A stretch of 64,000 nucleotides of DNA from Caldisericia bacterium (GCA_963674785.1 OY771555.1:960001-1024000), one strand, 5' to 3'; positions 44,683-55,757 are shown, counted from the first letter of the stretch. Translations and numbers: made by a program. The notes: generated from the letters alone by a model not told the origin.

Positions 44683-44699
44683 GCGACACGGGGTGTCGC
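44683..44699. promoter_or_regulatory. Perfect inverted repeat upstream of the giant surface gene (operator or RNA stem)
   Basis: GCGACAC-GGG-GTGTCGC, just upstream of the AAAGGAG SD. Confidence 0.45.
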
Positions 44700-44721
44700 T
44701 ATTATGAAAGGAGCAAGTAAC

Positions 44722-47700
44722 ATGAAACGCTTACTTGTAATCGTTCTTGTTTTTTGTTTGATAGTGCCAATGGTTATGGTGCAGAATACAAATGCTGATG
44801 TAAAGAGCATTAAAGTTATTCCATACCCAAAAAAAGCAGGTAAAATGGCCTCCTATCATATCTCGTTTAATGTCAACAGAGAGCTTGAGGCTAACAAAGA
44901 CAGTATAACGGTAACTCTTCCACAGGAAACATTGGTTCCAGAATTTGTTTCCTCATCGGTTATCTCTGTTAATCCTCAAAAACTCATTGGTGCTGACTAC
45001 AAACTCACCTATGAAACAGGAGATATTGACTTTACCGATCCACTTCGCGAAGGAGATATGATTCGTGCATCATACACATACGAGGCAAGTCCAGACTATA
45101 CGATGATGCCAATTCAGTCAAATGTTAAGTTTTTTGATAGAACATTTGATTACCTCAGGCTAAGCACTGACCCAAGCGACCCCAGAAGCAATAATGGACA
45201 GTTTGATCCAGGTGAATGGGTGTATGAAGACAGAGACAGTGATGGTCGTATCTCACCAGGTGATAGAAGATTGATGGTCATCCACGGTGTTTTGGGTGGA
45301 GACTCAACTGTTGATCCTTTCACTCTTGGAAGTGATGCAAAACAGAATTCAATCGTTGCACCAGGTGACCTCGACTGCAACAATTGTACAGGTGGCGGTG
45401 TTGGTGTTCCGACTCCTTTGAATCCACTTGTGCCTCTTTCACTCGTAAGACTCGTCATGCTCGATGTTAATCATGATGGAATCTACAATGAAGGTGACTA
45501 TCTTCTTGATGACAGAGACATGTCAGATACTGTCACTCAGAACGACCTCATGATTACAGGTATCGTACATTATCCACCAAACTCAATTGTTTCATTCAAT
45601 GATCCAGACTATAGAGACAGAATGGAGAATCTTGAGGGTGGTATGGTGACTGTACCTCCACTTCAGATTTATTCATTTGACCAGACAACAAATACTACAC
45701 CAGCTTATGTGTGGAGACATGCAGATGACGGTCCAACCATTGGAAAATATGATCCAGGCGAGGCAATCTATCGTGACGGTTATGATGCTACACTCCCATT
45801 CCCACCAGGACCAGATCCAACAGGTGGTCCATCAACATATAGTGTTGATGCTGGTGATACTCGTGCAACATCAATCACAGTGATTCAAAGTGGAATCACT
45901 TTCTTCTATCCCGCAGGTTCTGTTGTTGATCAGACTGATAAAGATGTTGGCACAAGGCTTATCAGTTTCCAGACAGCAACTGGTGAAGAAGAGGGATTCC
46001 TTGATGTAAACCAGAGCCAGGGAGTTGGATACTTTGACCCAGGCGAACCAATCTACAGAAATAACAATGGTAGAGCTGGATTCCTGTACGATGTTGCAAC
46101 CGGTGGTGTACAGATAAATGCTATGCCACAGCCAGGCGATGTCAGACTTTCTGCATATGCAATCTCTGCTTATGCTCAGGGTTCTGTTGTGCAAACCACA
46201 CATGCTGACAATGGCAATCAGCTTGTTGACTTCAATAAAGCTCCAACACAGACACCAGAGCTTATGGTTGTCGATATTGAAGGACAAACAGATTTCTTCC
46301 CGGTTCCTCAGAGATTCCCAATGGAAATGACAAGCAATACCCTTTTCGCTGGATATGCAGGTGGACAGTTTACACCAGCATACGACGGCTCCTCAAATGC
46401 AACATCTCCAAACCCAACCCAGATCACGAATAAGTATTACTATAACAGATCAAGAGGCTCTTCAACCTCGGATGATAATTATGTTTTTGGTTCATGGCTC
46501 TATAGAGACAATGACCAGTCGGGTTCAGTTACAGTAAATGACACAAGACTCACCGAGGTAAATATTGCAGTTGGTCAGCAGCATGTCATTTACTCAGCAG
46601 GATCAACTGTAAAAGATGGTGAGCTCGATGTAAGATCGATTAGCACTCCTCAGGGACCACTTATGCTTGCAGAACCTGCCCTTTGTAATACTGGAACAGG
46701 TATTGATGGTATGGCAGTTGACGCTTCAAATAACCCTGCACCAGTTTTTGCAGAACAATATTTTGAAATCAAACACACTGAAAATATTGCAGTAAACAAT
46801 AAATTTGATCCAGGCGAATTCCTCTATCTTGATTTGACTCCAGCAAGTGGTGGTGTGATTGGCGATGGTGTTGTCGATGGTTCAATAAATGGTCCTGGAG
46901 CATCTGGTCCAGTTCTAGATCAGTCAGACTGTAGACTTGTACCTGTTGGTGTTACTTCATTTGGTAACAAACCAATCAGCACAAACTTCCCACTTATCGG
47001 TTCAACTCTTACAAAAGGTTGGGCAAGGATTGAAAATAAGGTTATCGTTCCATACGCAACAGCAGGAACAACTACCGCAAAACTTGATAAAACGGATGTA
47101 AAAATCCTCCCAACACTTGAGCCTCCAATGCCACCATCATATTTGAGTGCAAGTACCCTTACAATCCCAGGTGGAAATACTCCACTTTCAGGTTCAGGTG
47201 AATGGTGGATAAAAGTTACAGCAATCAATGAATATGGCGAAGGTGAGTTCTCAGAATCAATCAAGATCAACTTTGTATCTGGACAAGCTCAAAATGCTGT
47301 GAAGATTGACTGGACTCCAGTCCCATATGCAAAATCATACAAAATCTACAAATCCAGAAATGAAACATACTTCCCACATTCAGCACTTCTTGCTGAGGTG
47401 AAAGCTCCGATAACAGAGTACATTGATAGAGGAACAACAATTACCGAGGGAACACTTCCATACCCATACAAAGCGTCATTTGTGACACTATGGAGATCAA
47501 GAAGTGGTGTTGAAAGTGAACTTGTTGAATTCAAGTGTGCTGATTATGAAATCAATCTTGATACTGGTATGATCTCATTTAGAAGAGATCTTAAACCATA
47601 TGAGATCGTGCTTGCCAACTACAAATATGCTGAAGACAAGTCTCAGACAAGTGTAAGTGGTGATCCATGTGATACTGTTGGACATCAGGATGAAAATGTT

Positions 47701-50511
47701 TATATCGATGTTCAGCATGGAACAGGAAAACTCCTCCATGCACCAGCAGTTGACCCAACAATCGATCCACTTCATTATTGCTTCAGATTATGGAGAGCAC
47801 CAACCATTGATCCAAATAACCCATATCTCCTAAGACCAGGCGTCGATTACACAATTGATTATGAAACTGGTGAAATTAAATTCTCCTCACACGTTATTAC
47901 TGAGGGTGATATAATCACTGTTGATTATGATTCTTACGAAGAGGTCATGGGTGAATCACTTGTTGAAGCTGTTTCAACAGGTGTCAACACTGCAAGATGT
48001 CAGGCTCCAGTTCTTCCAGAAAGCTATACAATCAGTAAAGCTGTTGCCCTTACATCTTCACCACAGATCAAAATCACAAGTGGTGCAAATGGTCACCAGT
48101 TGATATTTACAACCCCAGTTGACATTTTTGTTGATCCAGATAACGACCAGTCAACACCAGATGTTGTAATGACTCTCAACAGGCCTGGAAGACAGTTTAA
48201 CACATATGACAAGGGTGCTGTCAGAAACCCACAGGTAGCAGGAAGCTATCAGCTCTGGGTTTCAACTTCACAGGAACAGACCCCAATCCTTTCTGAGCCA
48301 TACGAGATAACTGCAGATACCACAAGCGAGAACATGAAACTCAAGGTCATCTCACCACAGGTTCCAGAACAGGCAGATACTGACCCAGCATGTGATTGCA
48401 AAGAAGCAGCCGGAACATCAGGACAGGTCATGTCACTTGCAGTACAGTTGACCGATGGCTCAAATGGTATCCAGGGCGTTTACGTAAGATTTGCGATTGA
48501 AGATACCGTTAGCCCACCATCAACATTCAGCTCAGCAGACCTTGTCCAGACAAACGATCAGGGTCTTGCATCAGTTGTTCTTAATATGTCTGCAACACCA
48601 GGTGTCACCAGAGTGAAAGTTTACCTGCAGGATGACCCATCAATCTGTAGATGTGTTGAAATAAACACTGGTCCTCCAGTCGAAGTTTCTTCAATTGTTT
48701 TGACACCAGGACCAACACTTGCTCTTTCACCTGGAACAATGCAGCAGTTCACAGCAAAAGCCTTCAAGGCAAATGGTGCGCAGATAACGGGTGTAGAATT
48801 TACTTGGGCAGCCGATTGTGGAACCATCTCTCAGGCTGGTGTCTACACAGCACCACTTGATGCTGGTGGAACATGCCATGTTTATGCAAGAGCACATGGT
48901 GTCGAAGGACAGACAACAGTTTCGATTGTTTCAAGACCATCAAGAATCACTGTAACCCCACCATCAGCAATTGTTGCAACAGGTTCACAGAAACAGTTCA
49001 CAGCCCAGGCGTATGATGACATGGGTAACCCGATGAACATTCCAATAACCTGGACAATTGAACCAGCTGGACTTGGTTCTTTTGCATCAGATGGAACATT
49101 CACAGCAGGAAATATCTCAGGAACTGGAACAGTCAAGGCATGTTCAGCAGGTGTTTGTGGAACAGCAACTGTAACCGTACAGTCAACCGGAAATATCAGC
49201 TCTCTTGTTGTTAGCCCAGATAAGGCAACGATGAAGATAGGTCAGACTCAGCAGTTTACAGCAAAAGTTCTTGATACTAACGGATTTGAAATAACCGGTG
49301 CAAATGTCACATGGACAGTTAACCCATCAACCATGGGAACAATCAGTTCAAATGGACTCTTCATCGCTTCAAGCCCAGGTACTGCAATCATTATCGCACA
49401 GTCTGGTGCTGTTACTGGAATGGCGATTGTAAATGTTGTTGAGATTGCAAGGATTGAGCTCAACCCAACCGGAACTGTCACTGTGCCAACAGGAAAAACA
49501 CAGACCTTCACAGCGGTTGCCTACAATACCGCTGGTGCTGCAATTCCTGGAATGGATTTCACATGGACATTGAGTCCAACAAGTGTCGGAGTACTATCGC
49601 CTTCTGGTTCAACCGCAATCTTCACAGCAACTGGAATGACTGGTCAATCGGGTGTTGTGATGGTACAGGCCGCGGGACTTTCTGCAACGACACAGGTTGT
49701 TATTGGTGCTCTGGACACAACAAAACCAACTGTAACCGCATCAGCTGATTCTGGAATCAAAAATGGTGAGACAACTCTCGCAGGAACTGGTCAGATCAAG
49801 GTAGCAGTCTCTGATCCTGAAGGAATCGCCTCTGTTACAGTTAATGGTATACCAGCAACTCCAGATGGAACAGGCAATTGGGTTGCAACAGTTAATGTAA
49901 ACAACGGTCAGAACCAGTTTGTTGTTAAGGCAATTGACAACAATGGCAATGAAACCACTGAAACAATCACAGCTTATGGTTCTAGTATGAAGGAGATGAT
50001 ATTAAATATTGATACAACTCAACCGTATGGAACATTGATTTTAAACGGTGTGCCAACAACTGTTGGTCTTACCTCTGTTCCAGAAATTGGATACGGAACA
50101 GGAAGCACATTTGTTGGACTTCGAGACCTTGGAGAACAGCTTTTCGGGGGTACAGTGGATTATGAGGCTGCAACTAAGAAGATTACAATTACGATTCCAA
50201 GATCAAATGGTGACAAAGATATTCTGGTTACCGTAGTCGGTCAAAAGGACTTCAGAATAACAACCTATAAGGCAAACGGAACCCAGGAAGTCAAAGATTA
50301 TACTCTCACATATGCTCCGTATATTGGCTCATCAGCGACACAATCAAAATCGTACAATTATGATAGAACACTTGTCCCAATGAGAGAGCTTGTACAGGCT
50401 GTTGTAAATAGTCAAACATCCGGAACAAACCTTCCAGTTCCTGGCGCGACTGAGAATTCCGTTGATTTCAATTCAACAACCAGAGACGCAACTTTCCGCT
50501 TCCTCCCATAA
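44722..50511 (+). CDS. Giant (about 1929 aa) S-layer-like/adhesin protein with acidic repeats, FN3, Ig-like (Big_2) repeats and a divergent copper-amine-oxidase-N-like C-terminus
   Basis: Signal peptide after AAAGGAG; repeated FDPGE..Y.D...GD.RL; four V.P.....G..QQFTA repeats; TFVGLR and RTLVPMREL at the C-terminus; codon use dominated by ACA/CCA/GCA/TCA. Confidence 0.82.
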   Translation: MKRLLVIVLVFCLIVPMVMVQNTNADVKSIKVIPYPKKAGKMASYHISFNVNRELEANKDSITVTLPQETLVPEFVSSSVISVNPQKLIGADYKLTYETGDIDFTDPLREGDMIRASYTYEASPDYTMMPIQSNVKFFDRTFDYLRLSTDPSDPRSNNGQFDPGEWVYEDRDSDGRISPGDRRLMVIHGVLGGDSTVDPFTLGSDAKQNSIVAPGDLDCNNCTGGGVGVPTPLNPLVPLSLVRLVMLDVNHDGIYNEGDYLLDDRDMSDTVTQNDLMITGIVHYPPNSIVSFNDPDYRDRMENLEGGMVTVPPLQIYSFDQTTNTTPAYVWRHADDGPTIGKYDPGEAIYRDGYDATLPFPPGPDPTGGPSTYSVDAGDTRATSITVIQSGITFFYPAGSVVDQTDKDVGTRLISFQTATGEEEGFLDVNQSQGVGYFDPGEPIYRNNNGRAGFLYDVATGGVQINAMPQPGDVRLSAYAISAYAQGSVVQTTHADNGNQLVDFNKAPTQTPELMVVDIEGQTDFFPVPQRFPMEMTSNTLFAGYAGGQFTPAYDGSSNATSPNPTQITNKYYYNRSRGSSTSDDNYVFGSWLYRDNDQSGSVTVNDTRLTEVNIAVGQQHVIYSAGSTVKDGELDVRSISTPQGPLMLAEPALCNTGTGIDGMAVDASNNPAPVFAEQYFEIKHTENIAVNNKFDPGEFLYLDLTPASGGVIGDGVVDGSINGPGASGPVLDQSDCRLVPVGVTSFGNKPISTNFPLIGSTLTKGWARIENKVIVPYATAGTTTAKLDKTDVKILPTLEPPMPPSYLSASTLTIPGGNTPLSGSGEWWIKVTAINEYGEGEFSESIKINFVSGQAQNAVKIDWTPVPYAKSYKIYKSRNETYFPHSALLAEVKAPITEYIDRGTTITEGTLPYPYKASFVTLWRSRSGVESELVEFKCADYEINLDTGMISFRRDLKPYEIVLANYKYAEDKSQTSVSGDPCDTVGHQDENVYIDVQHGTGKLLHAPAVDPTIDPLHYCFRLWRAPTIDPNNPYLLRPGVDYTIDYETGEIKFSSHVITEGDIITVDYDSYEEVMGESLVEAVSTGVNTARCQAPVLPESYTISKAVALTSSPQIKITSGANGHQLIFTTPVDIFVDPDNDQSTPDVVMTLNRPGRQFNTYDKGAVRNPQVAGSYQLWVSTSQEQTPILSEPYEITADTTSENMKLKVISPQVPEQADTDPACDCKEAAGTSGQVMSLAVQLTDGSNGIQGVYVRFAIEDTVSPPSTFSSADLVQTNDQGLASVVLNMSATPGVTRVKVYLQDDPSICRCVEINTGPPVEVSSIVLTPGPTLALSPGTMQQFTAKAFKANGAQITGVEFTWAADCGTISQAGVYTAPLDAGGTCHVYARAHGVEGQTTVSIVSRPSRITVTPPSAIVATGSQKQFTAQAYDDMGNPMNIPITWTIEPAGLGSFASDGTFTAGNISGTGTVKACSAGVCGTATVTVQSTGNISSLVVSPDKATMKIGQTQQFTAKVLDTNGFEITGANVTWTVNPSTMGTISSNGLFIASSPGTAIIIAQSGAVTGMAIVNVVEIARIELNPTGTVTVPTGKTQTFTAVAYNTAGAAIPGMDFTWTLSPTSVGVLSPSGSTAIFTATGMTGQSGVVMVQAAGLSATTQVVIGALDTTKPTVTASADSGIKNGETTLAGTGQIKVAVSDPEGIASVTVNGIPATPDGTGNWVATVNVNNGQNQFVVKAIDNNGNETTETITAYGSSMKEMILNIDTTQPYGTLILNGVPTTVGLTSVPEIGYGTGSTFVGLRDLGEQLFGGTVDYEAATKKITITIPRSNGDKDILVTVVGQKDFRITTYKANGTQEVKDYTLTYAPYIGSSATQSKSYNYDRTLVPMRELVQAVVNSQTSGTNLPVPGATENSVDFNSTTRDATFRFLP

Positions 50512-50545
50512 TTCACTATTTACGAAGCTTTCAGTTCTTTGAATA

Positions 50546-50575
50546 TAAACCCCCGGCATTATTGCCGGGGGTTTA
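50546..50575. terminator. Bidirectional terminator
   Basis: TAAACCCCCGGCA-TTAT-TGCCGGGGGTTTA between convergent genes. Confidence 0.85.
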
Positions 50576-50685
50576 ATAATTTCTGGGGTTTTATGTGTGA
50601 CCAAGGAAATAGCGGTAATAGGGTCTCGATACACACTCAAGTGCTTGTTAAAAATTGAGTTCTTTTAAGTAAAGAAGAAAACTAA

Positions 50686-51954
50686 CTAAAAAACTGGTTC
50701 TTGATTTGAAAGCTTTGCAATCTGGGTGATTACATCCTTCAAGATTTTTTCATAAAACTCTGAATCAGGTTTTGTTTCTTCCCTGTTCCAGATGATTGGT
50801 TCACCAACGTTGACTGTGACTTTTGATTTTCTTGGTAGTTTTGCGCCAACTGGAAGCACGTCGTGACCACCTATTATCCCTGCAGGGATGAGTGCAGCCC
50901 CAGTTTTGTGAGCAAATTGGATGGCACCAGTATGATATTTACCGGTAAGTTTGGAAGTCTTTGATCTTGTGCCTTCTGGGAAGATTGTCAGAAGCATGTT
51001 TTGTTTTAAGGCTGAATAGACAGCTCTGACCATCTCTTTCCCAACTCCGCCACGTTTGACAGGGATTGCACCATAACCCTTCACACATGACCTTATAACG
51101 GGGATTTTGAAAAGCTCTTCTTTTGCAATATAACTGCCCATTCGAGGCAAAGCCAAACCGACAAAGAAAACATCAAGTAATGACGTGTGGTTTGCAACAA
51201 CAATTGCAGGACCAGTTGCCGGGATATTCCCTTTACCAAATATTTCAATTTTGAAAAGCCATTTGGCAAGGTTTCTTGCGACAAAGTGTGAGAATCTCCA
51301 CCATTTTGAGATGTGTACAGTTCTTAGATATTCTACTGCAAGCTCCAATATTTGATTCTTGACCTGACCAATTGAGAGGTTAGTTGAGTCTATAACCACC
51401 GCATCATCTGATGGTTTAAGAGGTGCAATCTCTCTTTTGCTGTCGCGTTCATCTCGTTTGATGAGTGCTGCAAGAATTTCTTCCTCTGAAAGTCTTCCCT
51501 TTTCGTCAATAAATCTTCTGTGAGCACGTACTTTCGGGTCGGCAGTAAGGAATATTTTCACGTGTGAATTTGGTAATACTACTGTTCCAATATCGCGACC
51601 GGCAACCACAATTGAATCATTTATCGCAAGCTCTTTTATCGTTTTGTTGACCCACTCTCTTAATATGGGTTGTTTTGATAATACTGAGGCTCTCTCGCCA
51701 CATTCGGTTTTATTGAGTTTTTTTGTGACATCGATTCCATCGAGAAAGAACTTTTCCCCTCGAAGCTCAAAGTTTATTTTGGACAGAAGCTTTCCCAGAT
51801 TCAGGTCTTTTCCGAGTGAGTGATATGCAACCACTCTATAAAGTCTTCCCGAGTCAAGAAACTTTACCTTGAGTTTCCTTGCAATCATCCTTCCTATGGT
51901 TGTTTTACCAGAGGCAACAGGTCCATCGATTGCAATTATGATGTGTCTTATCAT
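50686..51954 (-). CDS. cmk: Cytidylate kinase fused to 1-acyl-sn-glycerol-3-phosphate acyltransferase (Cmk-PlsC)
   Basis: N-terminal IAIDGPVASGKTT, LDSG.LYR, GRDIGTVV, RD.RD..R..APL. C-terminal NHTSLLD (HX4D), AKEELF, FPEGTRS. Confidence 0.92.
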   Translation of the reverse strand: MIRHIIIAIDGPVASGKTTIGRMIARKLKVKFLDSGRLYRVVAYHSLGKDLNLGKLLSKINFELRGEKFFLDGIDVTKKLNKTECGERASVLSKQPILREWVNKTIKELAINDSIVVAGRDIGTVVLPNSHVKIFLTADPKVRAHRRFIDEKGRLSEEEILAALIKRDERDSKREIAPLKPSDDAVVIDSTNLSIGQVKNQILELAVEYLRTVHISKWWRFSHFVARNLAKWLFKIEIFGKGNIPATGPAIVVANHTSLLDVFFVGLALPRMGSYIAKEELFKIPVIRSCVKGYGAIPVKRGGVGKEMVRAVYSALKQNMLLTIFPEGTRSKTSKLTGKYHTGAIQFAHKTGAALIPAGIIGGHDVLPVGAKLPRKSKVTVNVGEPIIWNREETKPDSEFYEKILKDVITQIAKLSNQEPVF

Positions 51955-52886
51955 TTGGTGATAATTGTTCCTGCAGTTCCAGCAAGTGCTTTGTTTATAT
52001 GGTTTGGGTCAGTGATTATTGCTTTTGTTCCGCCATTGCTCAGGAAATGGATACAGGCTTCGATTTTTGGAAGCATGGAGCCTTTTGCAAAATGACCCTC
52101 TTCCATGTATTTTTTTAGTTCAGATACTGTGACATTTTTCAGAGTTACTTGATCAGGTTTACCAAAGTTCAGACAAACATTTGGAACAGCAGTTGAGATC
52201 AAAAGGATGTCAGCAGAAAGCTCTCCTGCAAGTACGGATGATGCCCTGTCTTTATCTATGACCGCTTCAACCCCCTCGAGTCCTTCTGCAGTTTTTTTAA
52301 CTGGGATTCCACCACCGCCACATGCAATGACAAGTGTGCCTGAAGAAACCAATTGCTTAATTATGTCTTTCTCGATAATCGACTGAGGCCAAGGGGAGGC
52401 GACAACTCTTCTCCATCCTCTTCCCGCATCTTCGACAACCTTCCAGCCGAGTTTGAGTTCACGGTCTTTTGCGGTTTTTTCATCCATGAAACTACCGATT
52501 GGCTTGCTTGGGTCAGCAAATCCTGGGTCTTTTGATGAAACCTCTACCTGTGTGACAATTGAGCAAACTGGAAGTTTGACCCCTCGTTTATCAAGTTCTT
52601 CTGAAAGTGCCTGCTGAAGCTGGTAGCCGATTCCGCCCTGTGTTTCTGCAACTGCGTAATCAAGTACTGTCTCGGGCACTTCAGACTTGGAGAGCTCTGA
52701 CCTTCTCATAATTTGACCAACCTGTGGGCCATTTCCATGAGTGACAACGAGTTTATACCCAGATGCTGCTAGTGCAGAGAGGTGAAAAGAAGTCTCCCAG
52801 ACGGCAGCCCTTTGATTCTCAACCGACATTGGTGATCCTGGTAATAACAATGAATTTCCGCCAACGGCAATTACAATGGTTTCCAT
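51951..52886 (-). CDS. arcC: Carbamate kinase
   Basis: AVGGNSL, THGNGPQVG, KPIG.F, EDAGRGWRRVVASP, GGGGIPV, EAVIDKD, GSMLPK. Confidence 0.95.
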   Translation of the reverse strand: METIVIAVGGNSLLLPGSPMSVENQRAAVWETSFHLSALAASGYKLVVTHGNGPQVGQIMRRSELSKSEVPETVLDYAVAETQGGIGYQLQQALSEELDKRGVKLPVCSIVTQVEVSSKDPGFADPSKPIGSFMDEKTAKDRELKLGWKVVEDAGRGWRRVVASPWPQSIIEKDIIKQLVSSGTLVIACGGGGIPVKKTAEGLEGVEAVIDKDRASSVLAGELSADILLISTAVPNVCLNFGKPDQVTLKNVTVSELKKYMEEGHFAKGSMLPKIEACIHFLSNGGTKAIITDPNHINKALAGTAGTIITK

Positions 52887-53062
52887 CTATCCGATTCTAA
52901 TGACAGATAAGCCCTTCTCAAGGAAAAAATGATGACCCTTTTTTCAATTTGGATGATTTGAGAAAATGCAATGCAAATGCTATTGAATTGAAACATCTAA
53001 AAGATACAATACCCGTGAAATCTAAAGAATTGGAACTAATTTACACCTTAAGGAGGTTTTCG

Positions 53063-53941
53063 GTGGATAAAGAATATACTGTAAAAAGAGGATTGGCTGA
53101 CATGCTCAAGGGTGGAGTTATTATGGATGTTGTAACTCCAGACCAGGCAAAGATCGCAGAAGACGCAGGTGCAGTTGCAGTCATGGCACTTGAGAGAGTT
53201 CCAGCAGACATCAGAAAAGATGGAGGAGTTGCAAGAATGTCAGACCCTGATATGGTGCTTTCCATCATGGAGTCAGTAAGCATCCCCGTCATGGCAAAAT
53301 GTCGTATTGGTCACACACTTGAAGCTAGAATCCTTGAACAGATTGGAATCGATTACATCGATGAATCCGAGGTTTTAACCCCTGCTGATGAAGAATATCA
53401 TGTTGACAAATGGGCATACAAAGTTCCATTTGTTTGTGGATGCAGAAACCTTGGAGAAGCACTCCGAAGAATTGGTGAGGGTGCTGCAATGATCCGAACC
53501 AAGGGTGAAGCAGGAACTGGAAATGTTGTTGAGGCTGTCCGTCACCAGAGAAAAGTCATGCGTGACATCAGAAGAGTGCAGTCAGCAGATGATGATGAGC
53601 TTGTAACAATTGCAAAAGAAATTGGTGCCCCTGTTGAGCTTCTTCGAATCGTCAAAAAAGAGGGAAGACTTCCGGTTGTAAACTTTGCAGCAGGCGGAGT
53701 CGCAACTCCAGCTGATGCAGCTCTCATGATGCATCTAGGTTCAGATGGTGTCTTTGTAGGTTCAGGAATCTTCAAGTCTGGTGATCCTGCAAAAAGAGCA
53801 AAAGCGATTGTAAAAGCAGTTGCCCACTGGCAAGAACCAGAGGTGCTTGTTGAAGTATCAAAAAATCTTGGCGAGGCAATGGTAGGAATCAACATCTCAA
53901 CTCTTCCCGATGAAGAAAAAATGGCGGGTAGAGGTTGGTAA
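53063..53941 (+). CDS. pdxS: Pyridoxal 5'-phosphate synthase lyase subunit (GTG start)
   Basis: [45 protein letters not shown]; AAGGAGG SD. Confidence 0.96.
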   Translation: MDKEYTVKRGLADMLKGGVIMDVVTPDQAKIAEDAGAVAVMALERVPADIRKDGGVARMSDPDMVLSIMESVSIPVMAKCRIGHTLEARILEQIGIDYIDESEVLTPADEEYHVDKWAYKVPFVCGCRNLGEALRRIGEGAAMIRTKGEAGTGNVVEAVRHQRKVMRDIRRVQSADDDELVTIAKEIGAPVELLRIVKKEGRLPVVNFAAGGVATPADAALMMHLGSDGVFVGSGIFKSGDPAKRAKAIVKAVAHWQEPEVLVEVSKNLGEAMVGINISTLPDEEKMAGRGW

Positions 53942-54498
53942 AAGTCGGTATCTTTGCCTTGCAGGGTGATGTTTCTGAACATGCAAATATGGTCAAACGT
54001 CTTGGTTATGAGGTGGTGTATGTCAGAAATCCTGAGGACATGAATTCAGTTGAAAGATTCATTATCCCGGGTGGAGAGTCAACCGTTTTTGCAAAGCTTT
54101 CAGCTCAAAATGGGCTTGATGCAGAAATCATAAATCGAGTAAAAAGTGGGATGCCGGTTTTTGGAACATGTGCCGGCATGATACTTTTATCAAGTGGAGT
54201 TGAGCAGTATCCAAACCAGCCAACCTGGAATCTCATGAATATCAAAGTCAGAAGAAATGCCTATGGAAGACAACTTCAATCTGAGATCACAGATATTCAA
54301 GTTGAGGATATTGGTGTGATGAGTGTGGCATTTATTAGGGCGCCAATAATTACTGAAGCCGGGGAAAATGTGAAAATACTTGCTTATGATGATAAAAGCA
54401 ATATTATTTTAGCAAGGGAAAAAAATATCCTTGCTGGAGCGTTTCACCCAGAGATAACTGGTGATACTAGACTCCACGAATATTTCATGAAGATGTAA
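53935..54498 (+). CDS. pdxT: PLP synthase glutaminase subunit
   Basis: ALQG, PGGEST, GTCAGMI, RNAYGRQ, FIRAP, FHPE. Confidence 0.96.
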   Translation: MVKVGIFALQGDVSEHANMVKRLGYEVVYVRNPEDMNSVERFIIPGGESTVFAKLSAQNGLDAEIINRVKSGMPVFGTCAGMILLSSGVEQYPNQPTWNLMNIKVRRNAYGRQLQSEITDIQVEDIGVMSVAFIRAPIITEAGENVKILAYDDKSNIILAREKNILAGAFHPEITGDTRLHEYFMKM

Positions 54499-54515
54499 GG
54501 TTTGAAAGGAATGAT

Positions 54516-55280
54516 ATGTCAGGACATAGTAAGTGGCACAATATTCAAGCAAAGAAGTCAGTAACTGATGCAAAGCGCGGAAAGATTTTTACAAAACTCG
54601 CAAGAGAGATAATTGTTGCAGCAAAAGAGGGTGGTGGTGACCCTACAAGCAACTTCAGACTAAGAGCAGCACTAGATAAAGCAAATGCTGCATCAATGCC
54701 AAAGGCAAATATTCAAAAAGCAATCAAGCGTGGTACTGGCGAAATTGAAGGCGCATCATATGATGATGTTTTATATGAAGGATATGGCCCAGGTGGAACT
54801 GCAGTAATCATTGAGGGTTCAACTGACAATCGTAATCGTACTGTTGCTGAACTCAAAAAAATCTTCACAAAAAATGATGGCTCAATGGGCGAGCAAGGCT
54901 GTGTTTCATGGAATTTCACAAAACGTGGAGAGCTTCAAGTGACATCTGAGGGAAAAGACCTCGATGAACTCTTCATGGTTGCAGCAGATGCTGGTGCGGA
55001 AGATGTAATCGATGAAGAGGAGTACTTCCTTGTTGTCACACCCCCAGACAAGCTTCATGCAGTATCTGAGGTTGTCAAAGAAAATGGGTATGAAATCAAG
55101 TCAGCAGAACTTGTCTATACTCCAAATAGCACAGTCAAAGTTGAAGGAAAAGACGCTGAAAAGGTACTCAAACTTCAAGATGCACTCGACGACCATGATG
55201 ATGTTGCAAATGTTTATTCCAATTTCGAGATGACCGAAGAGGAAATGGAACGTATTGCGAACATCCCTCCAATGATGTAG
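54516..55280 (+). CDS. yebC: YebC/PmpR family protein
   Basis: MSGHSKW.NI, YEGYGPGG, TDNRNRT, DDV.NVY.N. Confidence 0.95.
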   Translation: MSGHSKWHNIQAKKSVTDAKRGKIFTKLAREIIVAAKEGGGDPTSNFRLRAALDKANAASMPKANIQKAIKRGTGEIEGASYDDVLYEGYGPGGTAVIIEGSTDNRNRTVAELKKIFTKNDGSMGEQGCVSWNFTKRGELQVTSEGKDLDELFMVAADAGAEDVIDEEEYFLVVTPPDKLHAVSEVVKENGYEIKSAELVYTPNSTVKVEGKDAEKVLKLQDALDDHDDVANVYSNFEMTEEEMERIANIPPMM

Positions 55281-55286
55281 AGGGGC

Positions 55287-55757
55287 ATGAGAGTACTAGC
55301 ATTCGACCCTGGTATTGCTAGGGTCGGATATGCAATAGTTGATGGTGACTGTGACTCTCAGGAGATGGTTGAATGTGGTCTCATTGAAACTGAGGCAAAA
55401 ACACCATTCCCCGAGAGGTTATGCCGGATTCATCAAGATGCTCTTGATATTGCAGATGAGTTTTCGCCAGACCTTGTTGCTGTTGAGAAGCTCTTTTTTT
55501 CAAAAAACACAAAAACAGCCATGGATGTTGCGCACGCCCGAGGTGTGCTGCTCATGGTTTCTTATCACAGAAATATCCCCATCTTTGAGTATTCACCTGC
55601 TGAAATAAAAGTTGCTGTTACAGGCTCAGGTTCCGCCGATAAATATCAAGTCGGTGAGATGGTCAAGATGCTCCTAAAACTCCAAGCGGTGCCAAAACCT
55701 GATGATGTTGCTGATGCGGTTGCGTTGGGGTTGTGTCATTTGTTTAGCGTGAAGTAG
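55287..55757 (+). CDS. ruvC: Holliday junction resolvase
   Basis: DPG...GY, VE.LFF.KN, ARGV, EY.P.EIK.AVTG.G.A.K, PKPDD.ADA. Confidence 0.95.
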   Translation: MRVLAFDPGIARVGYAIVDGDCDSQEMVECGLIETEAKTPFPERLCRIHQDALDIADEFSPDLVAVEKLFFSKNTKTAMDVAHARGVLLMVSYHRNIPIFEYSPAEIKVAVTGSGSADKYQVGEMVKMLLKLQAVPKPDDVADAVALGLCHLFSVK

